DNA from: Nitrososphaerota archaeon
GTDB lineage: Archaea; Thermoproteota; Nitrososphaeria_A; Caldarchaeales; Caldarchaeaceae
Direction: 5' to 3'
Assembly: GCA_041641305.1 (NCBI GenBank)
Contig: JBEPYN010000001.1
Coordinates: forward strand, 320,001-384,000
DNA: 64,000 bases
Positions 46,317 through 54,993 of the stretch are shown here, one piece after another. The notes beneath the pieces are model-generated. The model was given only the letters and a program-made list of their open reading frames with translations, did not search any database and had not been told where the DNA came from. Every line of letters begins with the position of its first letter. Within the stretch, counting starts at the first letter, position 1. The translations under genes were made by a program, and so were the position numbers.

Positions 46317-49067
46317 GTGATCGGGAAAACTCAAGCATTAAGGGTTCTGGCTGCGTTGATTTTGCCCTTGTTGTTGGTGGCTTTGGCCCCGACAGGCTTT
46401 GCCCAGTACACAGCACCGCACACTCGTCCAGGACCAGCCGCTGATGTCGTTGAATACACTAGGGTGCCGTTGGACTTGGCTCCTGAAGCAGTTAAGCGTG
46501 GCGACATCGATATTTACCAATTTGGTCTAAGGGCGGCTCAGGCTAAAGCCCTTGTTGGAGATAGGGACATCAGACTTTACACAGCACCTTCAGGCGTTAA
46601 CGATGTCATCGTCAACCCTGCACCAGCTCCCGAAGGCAAGCTTAATCCATTTTCAAACCAAAAAATACGATTCGCACTCAACTACATCTTCAACAGAGAC
46701 TTCATGGTTAGAGACGTTTTCGGAGGCCTTGCCCTGCCCATGGTTACCTTCCTAAGCTCGGTAGACCCAGACTTCACCACGATCTTCGACATTATCGCGA
46801 AGTATGAGTTCAAGTATGACCCCGCTTTGGCAGCAGCCATTGTCGATGAGGAAATGCGACAGATGGGTGCTGAAAAGATTGCTGGAAAATGGTACTATAA
46901 CAGAGAGCCTGTGACTTTGAAGTTTATCATAAGAATTGAGGACGAGCGTCGGCAAATGGGTGACTCGTTCGCAAGCGAGTTGGAAAAACTTGGGTTCACT
47001 GTTGAGCGGATCTACCTTCCATTTGGTCCGGCTATTGAAATTATCTATGGCACGGACCCCGCTGAGTTTCAGTGGCACCTCTACACAGAAGGCTGGGGGA
47101 AACCGGGGGTAGACAAATACGATAGCACAAGCATTAATCAGTATAATGCGCCATGGTATACTTATATGCCCGGATGGGGTGAGTCTGGGTTCTGGCAGTA
47201 CCAGAACGACCGAGCAGACGAATTAGGTCAGAGAATATTCACGGGCGAATTCAAAGATAAAGAGGAAAGGGATAGACTATACAGGGAGCTCGCTGAATTA
47301 GGAATATTGGAATCGGTTAGAATTTGGGGTGTCACCAGATTGGACGCCTACATCACGTCCGTTAATGTGGTCGGTGTAACTAACGATGTGGGTGCGGGGC
47401 TGCGGGCGTGGCACGTCATACGAAATGCCTACGTGCCCGGTAAAAGCACTCTCAAAGTTGGCCACCTATGGGTTTGGACTGAGAGAACAACATGGAACCC
47501 CGTGGGCGGCTTTGAAGACGTTTACTCGGTCGACACCGCGGCCAGTACGTGTGACCCCGCGATCGCCCTGCATCCTTTCAACGGTTTACCCATACCGATA
47601 AGAGCAGCCTTTGACGTGACAACCGCAGGCCCTGATGGAAAGCTTGACGTGCCATCCAATGCAGTGGTATGGGATGCACAAAATGACAGATGGGTGCAGG
47701 TAGGCACAGGCGTGCAGGCAACAAGCAAAGTAACCTTCGACTACTCAGGATTCTTCAACTCGAAATGGCACCATGGAATACAGATATCTCCAGCTGACCT
47801 TCTGTTCAATCTCGCGAGCTTATGGGACATCGTAGCAGACCCAGCAAAGTCTGAGCTAGAACCTGCCGTAGCCTCAGCGAACACCCCGCTCTTCGAAACT
47901 CTCAAAGGAATAAGAATCCTGTCCGACAACAGGGTGGAGGTATACATTGATTATTGGCATTTCAATCCCAACTATATAGCTTCATTCGCCAACGTCTGGA
48001 TCTCATCTTATCCATGCATGACAGTGCCTTGGGAGATACGTGCAGCCATGGATAGACTTGTCTTCGAGGAAAGGGCCTTCGCCTACACTGACTCGGCTTC
48101 AACGGCCAGAGGCGTTCCATGGCTTAGCCTCGTCTTAAGAGACCACGCTGCAGCAGTCGTTGAAACGGTCAACGCCATGAGAGCTGAAGGTTTCTTACCA
48201 GAGGGCTATTTCAGAGTAGGAGACAGTGTTTATGAGTCAGCCGAGGATGCGCAGGCAAGGTACAACGCTGTCCGTGACTGGTTCACCCGCTATGGGATTG
48301 TGTGGATAAGCAACGGGCCTTTCATGCTCACAGCGTTCGACAGCGCCGCCCAGTACCTACGGCTGGAAGCCTTCAGAGACGAAACCTACCCGTTCAGACC
48401 TGGAGACAACTTCTGGGGACTCCCGCCGACGGTAAGCATCGTTAACGTGGGCAGGTCCACCATCACACCAGGAGGCGAATCACTTCTACTACTGGATGTC
48501 GAGGGGCCAGCACCCCTCTACGCAAAATACCTTGTCAAAGACCCTGTAACAGGTGAGATACTGACAGTCGGGGAAGCAGAACGTGTAACGCCGACAAGAT
48601 TCATCATCAGACTCCAGCCCGACTTCACCAGAACACTTAGACCGGGAGGACTCTACGAGTTCACTTTAGCAGCCTACAGCGACGAAGTCGCTGCAGTCGC
48701 ATCAGTTAAAGAATTTGTCGACGTCCTCAACATAGAGCCCATCACCCAAAGCATAGAAGTGGTGAGTAAAGAGCTCCTCGACAGACTTGGACAGGTCTCA
48801 AGAGACCTCGCTCAGGCTCTCACGGGTGTGCAGTCAGCAATCAACACAGTCAATGAAAGAGTTGGAGGAGTCGACAATAGAGTCGGTAGAGTCGAGACAA
48901 GCGTAAACACGTTGTCATCATCTGTCACAACGGTCAACGAGAGTGTTTCACAGCTAGCCAACACAGCTTCAGCAATTCTGCTGACTGCTCAGATAGTTTT
49001 GGCGGTCTCAGTCATAGCGCTAATAATCTCCGTCATGGCGTTGCTGCGCAGGCCTAAACCAAGCTAA
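46317..49067 (+). CDS. family 5 ABC substrate-binding protein with C-terminal Ig-like domain, coiled-coil stalk and TM anchor
   Basis: Signal peptide, NPFS...IRFALN, WHHG..I..AD, ISNGPF; GTG 46317 lies about 26 nt after AAAAAATATAA. Confidence 0.9.
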   Translation: MIGKTQALRVLAALILPLLLVALAPTGFAQYTAPHTRPGPAADVVEYTRVPLDLAPEAVKRGDIDIYQFGLRAAQAKALVGDRDIRLYTAPSGVNDVIVNPAPAPEGKLNPFSNQKIRFALNYIFNRDFMVRDVFGGLALPMVTFLSSVDPDFTTIFDIIAKYEFKYDPALAAAIVDEEMRQMGAEKIAGKWYYNREPVTLKFIIRIEDERRQMGDSFASELEKLGFTVERIYLPFGPAIEIIYGTDPAEFQWHLYTEGWGKPGVDKYDSTSINQYNAPWYTYMPGWGESGFWQYQNDRADELGQRIFTGEFKDKEERDRLYRELAELGILESVRIWGVTRLDAYITSVNVVGVTNDVGAGLRAWHVIRNAYVPGKSTLKVGHLWVWTERTTWNPVGGFEDVYSVDTAASTCDPAIALHPFNGLPIPIRAAFDVTTAGPDGKLDVPSNAVVWDAQNDRWVQVGTGVQATSKVTFDYSGFFNSKWHHGIQISPADLLFNLASLWDIVADPAKSELEPAVASANTPLFETLKGIRILSDNRVEVYIDYWHFNPNYIASFANVWISSYPCMTVPWEIRAAMDRLVFEERAFAYTDSASTARGVPWLSLVLRDHAAAVVETVNAMRAEGFLPEGYFRVGDSVYESAEDAQARYNAVRDWFTRYGIVWISNGPFMLTAFDSAAQYLRLEAFRDETYPFRPGDNFWGLPPTVSIVNVGRSTITPGGESLLLLDVEGPAPLYAKYLVKDPVTGEILTVGEAERVTPTRFIIRLQPDFTRTLRPGGLYEFTLAAYSDEVAAVASVKEFVDVLNIEPITQSIEVVSKELLDRLGQVSRDLAQALTGVQSAINTVNERVGGVDNRVGRVETSVNTLSSSVTTVNESVSQLANTASAILLTAQIVLAVSVIALIISVMALLRRPKPS

Positions 49068-49090
49068 ACCTTATTTCCCTTTTTTTATTC
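49068..49090 (+). terminator. oligo(T) terminator after the SBP gene
   Basis: CCTTATTTCCCTTTTTTTATT directly after the stop. Confidence 0.5.
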
Positions 49091-49106
49091 ATTAAGTTGA
49101 GCCAGA

Positions 49107-50063
49107 TTGCATCTGGAGGTCAAAAACCTCACCCTGCATTACGAGACAAATAACGGTATTGTTAAGGCGGTGAACTCGGTTAGCTTTAGCTTACAAAAGG
49201 GCGAGACCTTAGCAATTGTCGGTGAAAGCGGCTCCGGCAAATCCTCACTGGCATATGCGATAATCAAGCTACTGCCCAAAAACATTGCAACATACGATGG
49301 GGAGGTTATCTTCAACGGCTTTAACATAGTCAGTCTTCCCGAGAACGAATTACGTAAGAGAGTGAGGGTTAACGGCATATCCATGGTATTCCAAGGAGCC
49401 ATGAACACACTCAACCCAGTTCTCACTATTGGGGACCAAGTTGCCGACCCTCTGGTGACCGGCCTCGGAATGAGTAGAAAAGAAGCTTTCAACAAAGCTG
49501 TAGAAGCCCTCTCCCTTGTGGGAATAAGGCGAGAATTCGCAAAACGGTATCCACATGAGCTTAGCGGAGGAATGAAACAACGCGTAGCCATCGCCATGGC
49601 CCTCGTCGTAGACCCACAGATAATAATCCTCGATGAACCGACGTCAGCCTTAGACATCATAACCCAAGCAAACATAATGAACCTTCTGAAGAAACTGAAA
49701 AACGAACTTAAAAAAACATACATATTTATTACACATGACTTGGCCCTTGCAAGCGAACTCGCCGATAGAGTCGGCATAATGTATGCTGGAAGGCTAGTGG
49801 AAATAGGGCCAGCGGAGTCGGTTTTCATAAACGCGAAACACCCCTACACACAACTTTTGATCGACAGCGTACCAACTCTGCGGGTGGACAAAGAGCCGAG
49901 GTTCATACCAGGCTCTCCACCAGACCTTATTAACCCCCCATCAGGCTGCCCGTTTCATCCCAGATGCCCATACATAATAAAAGGTAAATGCGAGACAGAA
50001 GAACCAACCCTAAAACAAGTCGGCGAAAACCACTACGCAGCATGTTGGCTGAACGAGACATGA
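49107..50063 (+). CDS. peptide ABC ATP-binding DppD/OppD-like
   Basis: GESGSGKS, YPHELSGGMKQR, DEPTSALD, HPYT, GCPFHPRC. Confidence 0.95.
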   Translation: MHLEVKNLTLHYETNNGIVKAVNSVSFSLQKGETLAIVGESGSGKSSLAYAIIKLLPKNIATYDGEVIFNGFNIVSLPENELRKRVRVNGISMVFQGAMNTLNPVLTIGDQVADPLVTGLGMSRKEAFNKAVEALSLVGIRREFAKRYPHELSGGMKQRVAIAMALVVDPQIIILDEPTSALDIITQANIMNLLKKLKNELKKTYIFITHDLALASELADRVGIMYAGRLVEIGPAESVFINAKHPYTQLLIDSVPTLRVDKEPRFIPGSPPDLINPPSGCPFHPRCPYIIKGKCETEEPTLKQVGENHYAACWLNET

Positions 50064-51040
50064 ACCGAAAAGAACTCGTAAAAGTTGAAGGGTTGAAAGT
50101 CTACTTTCCCATCAGAAAACTTTTTAAAACCATCGGGTATGTCAGAGCAGTCGACAACGTTCAACTACACATAGATCGTATGGAGACTCTGGCTGTTGTT
50201 GGAGAGAGCGGCTCTGGAAAAACAACTCTTGGCAGAACAATACTCTGTTCAGTGAGGCCAACCGCTGGAAAGGTATTCTTCGACGGGGTTGAAATATCAC
50301 GCCTTGACGAAAAAAGCCTTAAACCGTTTCGCAGAAGGATGTCAGCAGTATTCCAAGACCCTTACTCAAGCCTAAACCCCATGTTCACAGTCTACAAGAT
50401 AGTGGAAGAACCTCTCGTAGTACATCAAATAGGTACTCCAGAAGAAAGAAGAGAAAAAGTGTTCAAAGCTTTGTCTGACGTGAAGCTGACGCCGCCCGAA
50501 GACTTTGCATCCAAGTATCCACACCAAATTAGCGGAGGACAAAGGCAGCGCGTCGCCATCGCACGGGCAATAATTTCCAACCCTGAGTTCATCGTAGCCG
50601 ATGAACCAGTCTCAATGCTCGACGCATCAATCAGGGTGGAAATGCTTCTACTGCTAAAAGATCTTCAGACAAAATACGGGCTCTCAATCCTTTACATAAC
50701 TCATGATATTGCTACGGCTAAGTATTTCTCTGATAGGATTGCTGTTATGTATGGTGGTAAGATTGTGGAGCTTGGCTCGACCAAGGATGTTCTAAGGAAT
50801 CCTCTACATCCCTATACTCGGGCGTTGATTGAGGCTATTCCGGACCCGGACCCGCGTAACAGGCTTGTCATGAGGAACGTCATCTCAGGTGAGCCGCCGA
50901 ACCTAGCAAATCCTCCGACTGGGTGCAGGTTTCATCCACGCTGCCCCAAGTTCATCCAAGGCAAATGCGACTTAGAGGAGCCCGCGTCCTACAAAATAGA
51001 GGGCAGAGAGGTCTCTTGCTTCCTATATGAGACAGAATAA
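50060..51040 (+). CDS. peptide ABC ATP-binding DppF/OppF-like
   Basis: GESGSGKT, FQDPYSSLNP, SGGQRQR, DEPVSMLD, GCRFHPRC; ATGA overlap with the upstream stop. Confidence 0.95.
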   Translation: MNRKELVKVEGLKVYFPIRKLFKTIGYVRAVDNVQLHIDRMETLAVVGESGSGKTTLGRTILCSVRPTAGKVFFDGVEISRLDEKSLKPFRRRMSAVFQDPYSSLNPMFTVYKIVEEPLVVHQIGTPEERREKVFKALSDVKLTPPEDFASKYPHQISGGQRQRVAIARAIISNPEFIVADEPVSMLDASIRVEMLLLLKDLQTKYGLSILYITHDIATAKYFSDRIAVMYGGKIVELGSTKDVLRNPLHPYTRALIEAIPDPDPRNRLVMRNVISGEPPNLANPPTGCRFHPRCPKFIQGKCDLEEPASYKIEGREVSCFLYETE

Positions 51041-51069
51041 CTGATGCATGGTCATATTGTTTGCGGTGT

Positions 51070-51849
51070 TTAGCGGTAGGCCCATCCGACGAGACGTTTT
51101 TCGAGGAGTGCGAAGACGAGAAAGAGACTGATCCCTATGAAGGAGATTACGAGGAGGCCTGCGAAGACGAGTGGGACGTCGAAGCGTGATGACGCGGCTA
51201 TCATGAGGTATCCTGTTCCCTCGTTGCTTGCCACTGATTCGGAGATGACTGCGCCGACGAATGCGAGGGTGGATGCCACTTTTAGTGAGCCGAAGAAATA
51301 GGGCATGGACCTCGGTATCCCAATTTTCGTGAATATCTGCGTCTTTGATGCGCCGAGGGAGCGTAGAACATCTCTTATCTCGGGCTCTATTGTGGCGAGT
51401 GCGACGGCGACGTTGACCACTATCGGGAAGAAGGAGATGAGGAAAGCTGTGAGAACCGCGGGCACTTTGCCTATGCCGAACCATATCACGAGAATCGGGA
51501 CGATGGCCACTTTGGGGATTGTGTTGAAGGCTACGAGAAGAGGATACACGGCTCGGTAGATTATGGCCGAGTATCCGACGGCAAGTCCCAGCAAAAGGCC
51601 GAAAACGATTGAGAGCCCGAAACCAATCAAGGTTGCTTCAAGGGTTGCGTAGGAGTGGCGAATGATGACGGGGAAGTTGGCGAGCATAACCTCTACTGTC
51701 CGAGAGGGGGAGGGCAGGATAAACTCGGGAATTGAAAACACTATCGTCACAAGCTCCCATAGAGCGAAGAAGCCGGCGAAAACGGCTATCGGGAGAGCAT
51801 ACTCTTTTACGGCTGAGACAAACAGGGAGGAGAGAGACTGTTTCGACAT
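51070..51849 (-). CDS. ABC permease, nitrate/sulfonate/thiamine-precursor (SsuC/TauC) type
   Basis: ILPSPS, IPKVAIVP, FFPIVVN, SLGAS, GTGYL. Confidence 0.92.
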   Translation of the reverse strand: MSKQSLSSLFVSAVKEYALPIAVFAGFFALWELVTIVFSIPEFILPSPSRTVEVMLANFPVIIRHSYATLEATLIGFGLSIVFGLLLGLAVGYSAIIYRAVYPLLVAFNTIPKVAIVPILVIWFGIGKVPAVLTAFLISFFPIVVNVAVALATIEPEIRDVLRSLGASKTQIFTKIGIPRSMPYFFGSLKVASTLAFVGAVISESVASNEGTGYLMIAASSRFDVPLVFAGLLVISFIGISLFLVFALLEKRLVGWAYR

Positions 51850-52635
51850 CTACTTCACCTGGATCATTTCACGGAGCCTGTGCATCTGTTCGACGAAACG
51901 CTCCTCATATGTTATATCTATCTCTCTTGGACGCGGGTAGTCGGAGACCATCGAGCCAATTACCGTCCCAGGCCTCTTGCTCATGACATAGATGACGTCT
52001 GACAGGTATATGGCTTCTCTGAGGTCATGAGTCACCATCAATACTGTGCATCGTGTCTGGAGCCAAACGTTTTGAAGCACGTTCCAGAGCTCTTCGCGGG
52101 TGAAGAGGTCGAGGGCTCCGAAAGGCTCGTCGAGCAACAGTATCTCGGGGTCATGTATGAGGGCTCTGCAGAGTGAGACACGCTGCTGCATTCCTCCCGA
52201 AAGCTCCCATGGCTTTTTGTCGGCGAACCCCTCGAGACCAACCAGCCTCAAAAGCCTCAAAGCTTTCTCGACGTAGGTTTTCCTGTTTTTCTGGAGCTGT
52301 GACCTATGTGGCTCTACCACCTCAAGTGGTAGGAGAATGTTCTCGAGCACGGTGCGCCATGGGAGAAGCACCGGGTTCTGGAAAGCCATGCCAACAATCG
52401 GCAGAGGCTTCTCCACGCGTTTACCGTCAACATAGACCTCGCCCTCGGTCGGGCGTAGTAGACCAGACACGATTTTCAAGATTGTTGTTTTGCCGCATCC
52501 GCTGGGGCCTACTATAGACGTGAAACTACCCTTCTCAACCACTATGTTCACATTTCGGAGAGCCTCTAACTCGTTTAAGGTCCTGAACCCTGACTTGGAG
52601 ACATACCTGAGGCTGACGTTTCTAAGCTCTATCAA
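51850..52635 (-). CDS. ABC ATP-binding protein (SsuB/TauB type)
   Basis: GPSGCGKT, FQ...LLPWRTV, LSGGMQQR, DEPFGALD. Confidence 0.95.
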   Translation of the reverse strand: MIELRNVSLRYVSKSGFRTLNELEALRNVNIVVEKGSFTSIVGPSGCGKTTILKIVSGLLRPTEGEVYVDGKRVEKPLPIVGMAFQNPVLLPWRTVLENILLPLEVVEPHRSQLQKNRKTYVEKALRLLRLVGLEGFADKKPWELSGGMQQRVSLCRALIHDPEILLLDEPFGALDLFTREELWNVLQNVWLQTRCTVLMVTHDLREAIYLSDVIYVMSKRPGTVIGSMVSDYPRPREIDITYEERFVEQMHRLREMIQVK

Positions 52636-52669
52636 GCGGTTCCCACAGAGATAAAAAATGTGGATGTTT

Positions 52670-53716
52670 TTAGATTGTGCGCTCCTCTTTCGGCGGGAGG
52701 AACCTGTCGGTGAACACTTCGTCTACAGACGGTGTTCTCGGAAGACCGAATGCCTCTACGACGCTTTTGATTGCTCTCTCGAGCCGTGCCTTGTCAACAG
52801 CCCCCAGCCCGTTTCTCCTAACCTCCTCCGTCACCATGTTGTCTCTGATGGCGAGTTTAAGCCTCTCAAGCTCCACGTTTCTGTCAACCAGCGGGTCACG
52901 TTGCTTTACATAGTCAGCGGCCATCTCGGGGTTGGCTATCACCTCCTTGAAAGCGCGGTTCACGGCTCTGACGAACTTTGCCACAGCGTCGGGATACCGC
53001 TCCACAAAGTCTTTCCTAACCATTATAGCGTTTCCATAAAGCTCGACACCGTAGTCGGTGTACTTGAATGCAACTATGTCGCCTGGGTTCACGTTTAAGG
53101 CGAGGAGGTTGAGGTAGCCTGTGAAGTAGAACCCTGTTATGGCGTCGACCTCGCCTTTTACGAGTGAGGGTTCTCTCAACGGCGGCGACATGCTCACCCA
53201 TTCAACCTTGTTGGGGTCTATGCCTGTTGCTTTGGCGAAGACTGGGAAAAGCCGCCTCGGAGCATCACCCTCAGGCGCCCCAATTTTCTTACCCTCCAGA
53301 TCTTTAGGAGATTTGATTCCCTTGTCTTTCAGTGTGATCACGGAGTAGGGCGGGTTGTTTAGGACAACGTACACGGCTATCAATTCTTTACCCGGGTTCT
53401 TGACGTTGAATTCAATCATGGCGTCGAGGCTTCCGTAACCCATTTGATAAGCTCCAGAAGCAACTTTTGTGACTGCGTCGGCCGAGCCGTATCCTCTGTC
53501 CAGAATGACCGCCAAACCCTCCTGCGCAAAATATCCCTTCTCAAGAGCGACAACAAACGGTGCCTGCGGCCCCTGAATCGCCCAGTCGAGGACAAACTTT
53601 ATCGACACAACCTCAGCTCTCTGCGGCGGCATCACGATGGGGCTGAGGAACAATCCAGCGACGAGGCCTATAACGAGGAAGACAACCGCAACACCTACAA
53701 CCTTAACAGACACCAT
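52670..53716 (-). CDS. ABC substrate-binding protein, NMT1/THI5 (SsuA-like) family
   Basis: N-terminal anchor from ATG 53716 (RBS GAGGTGG); LDW, GYF.QEGL.V, DLEGKKIG, YGN. Confidence 0.9.
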   Translation of the reverse strand: MVSVKVVGVAVVFLVIGLVAGLFLSPIVMPPQRAEVVSIKFVLDWAIQGPQAPFVVALEKGYFAQEGLAVILDRGYGSADAVTKVASGAYQMGYGSLDAMIEFNVKNPGKELIAVYVVLNNPPYSVITLKDKGIKSPKDLEGKKIGAPEGDAPRRLFPVFAKATGIDPNKVEWVSMSPPLREPSLVKGEVDAITGFYFTGYLNLLALNVNPGDIVAFKYTDYGVELYGNAIMVRKDFVERYPDAVAKFVRAVNRAFKEVIANPEMAADYVKQRDPLVDRNVELERLKLAIRDNMVTEEVRRNGLGAVDKARLERAIKSVVEAFGLPRTPSVDEVFTDRFLPPKEERTI

Positions 53717-53865
53717 GGCGCATCCACCTCTACTACTCAATCCTAAATAAGCATTACGAGGGTTGAACATGACTCCCAGCATGCAAAGCATGTTGGGAGA
53801 CGTGGTACTGCTGTTTACATGTTGCGTAACGTCTTTAACCCACTCCACATCACATTGGTGATGTC

Positions 53866-54252
53866 TTGGGAACATGGGAAACATGGTTTGAGAAAGCGAG
53901 AAAATTCATCAAATATGCTGAGGATGATTATCGTCTGGGCCGGTATGATTCAGCCTCTTTTTTCGCACAACAATCCGTAGAAATGCTTCTCAATGGGTTG
54001 CTTTTAGAGAGGACAGGGGCAAGACCATTCACTCACTCCATTTCAGAGATGCTGAACACGCTCTCTCTGGTGTATCAGAAGGATGTTCCACATGATGTTC
54101 TGGTCTGTGCGTCCAAGCTGGAGAGACATTATGCTGCGGCGAGATATCCTGACACCGGAGTAGTTCATTATAATGTGTGGGATGCCGAAGAAGCGCTGGA
54201 ATGTATGAGGAGGATAATCAGGTATGTCGACGAGTTGGGCGAACATATCTAG
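53866..54252 (+). CDS. HEPN domain protein (HEPN-MNT toxin-antitoxin)
   Basis: A.F.AQQ..E, TH, L..HY...RYP motifs. Confidence 0.9.
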   Translation: MGTWETWFEKARKFIKYAEDDYRLGRYDSASFFAQQSVEMLLNGLLLERTGARPFTHSISEMLNTLSLVYQKDVPHDVLVCASKLERHYAAARYPDTGVVHYNVWDAEEALECMRRIIRYVDELGEHI

Positions 54253-54640
54253 GAAGCTGTCGACGTTGAAGGAGAAGATGTTTGAAGAGATTAGGGATGA
54301 ATTATGTGGAGATTCTTTTCTTGTGATTTTGTTTGGGTCGCGGGCGAGAGGTGAGGAGACTCCGTTAAGTGATTATGATCTTCTAGTAATTAGAGAACAT
54401 GGTGGTGATAGGGTCGTGTTAAAGTGGCCTGCTCAAATCTTCAGCTACACGGTTGACGAGGTGTTTGAGGAGCTGCGGCGTCTCAATACCTTGGTTCTGG
54501 ATGCTGTTTTGGAGGGGCGTTTTCTATGCGGGGATGCACAGCTCTTTGAGAGATTGAGGAAAGAGGCGGAGACAATCGTCGAGAAGAGGCGGTTGAGGAA
54601 GGCTGAGAATGGATGGGTTTTCCGAGACGACGGTGTCTAG
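54224..54640 (+). CDS. minimal nucleotidyltransferase (MNT)
   Basis: LFGSRARG....SDYDLLVI; overlaps the HEPN gene. Confidence 0.92.
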   Translation: MSTSWANISRKLSTLKEKMFEEIRDELCGDSFLVILFGSRARGEETPLSDYDLLVIREHGGDRVVLKWPAQIFSYTVDEVFEELRRLNTLVLDAVLEGRFLCGDAQLFERLRKEAETIVEKRRLRKAENGWVFRDDGV

Positions 54641-54993
54641 AAGGTGAGGATGGTGAAGCCGTTCAACGCGGCTTCGGCGACGACTGCGGTTGAGTCATCT
54701 GCTATGAAGAGGGTTTTGTCTATTTTTTCCTCGAGTTTGTATACGCGGAGGTTGCCCGCGCATACTGTGCATCTTGCACCTGCTTGGTTCAGTTCTGTTG
54801 CATATTTTTTGACGATGTGGTAGTTTTGGTTTTCGGGGTCGAGGAGAGTGGTTCCTGGTCCGACGAAAAGTAGTTTCACCTCGCTTGCGATTTTTTCCTT
54901 GGCAATGTTTCTGGCTATGCGGAGGCCTTGTCTTGCTTTCTCGAAGTCGTTTGGGCCTGAGAGGATGATGAAGAGGAGGCGGGTCTGGCTCAT
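54637..54993 (-). CDS. DsrE-family protein
   Basis: VKLLFVGPG, L...G....VC pattern; 118 aa; coupled to the leuS stop. Confidence 0.75.
   Translation of the reverse strand: MSQTRLLFIILSGPNDFEKARQGLRIARNIAKEKIASEVKLLFVGPGTTLLDPENQNYHIVKKYATELNQAGARCTVCAGNLRVYKLEEKIDKTLFIADDSTAVVAEAALNGFTILTF

Noticed and set aside
53717-53884. TPP riboswitch, or a 56-aa N-terminal extension, upstream of the NMT1/THI5-type SBP
   Set aside because: No CTGAGA/TPP core is visible. The extension overlaps the HEPN start, and a good RBS precedes ATG 53716.
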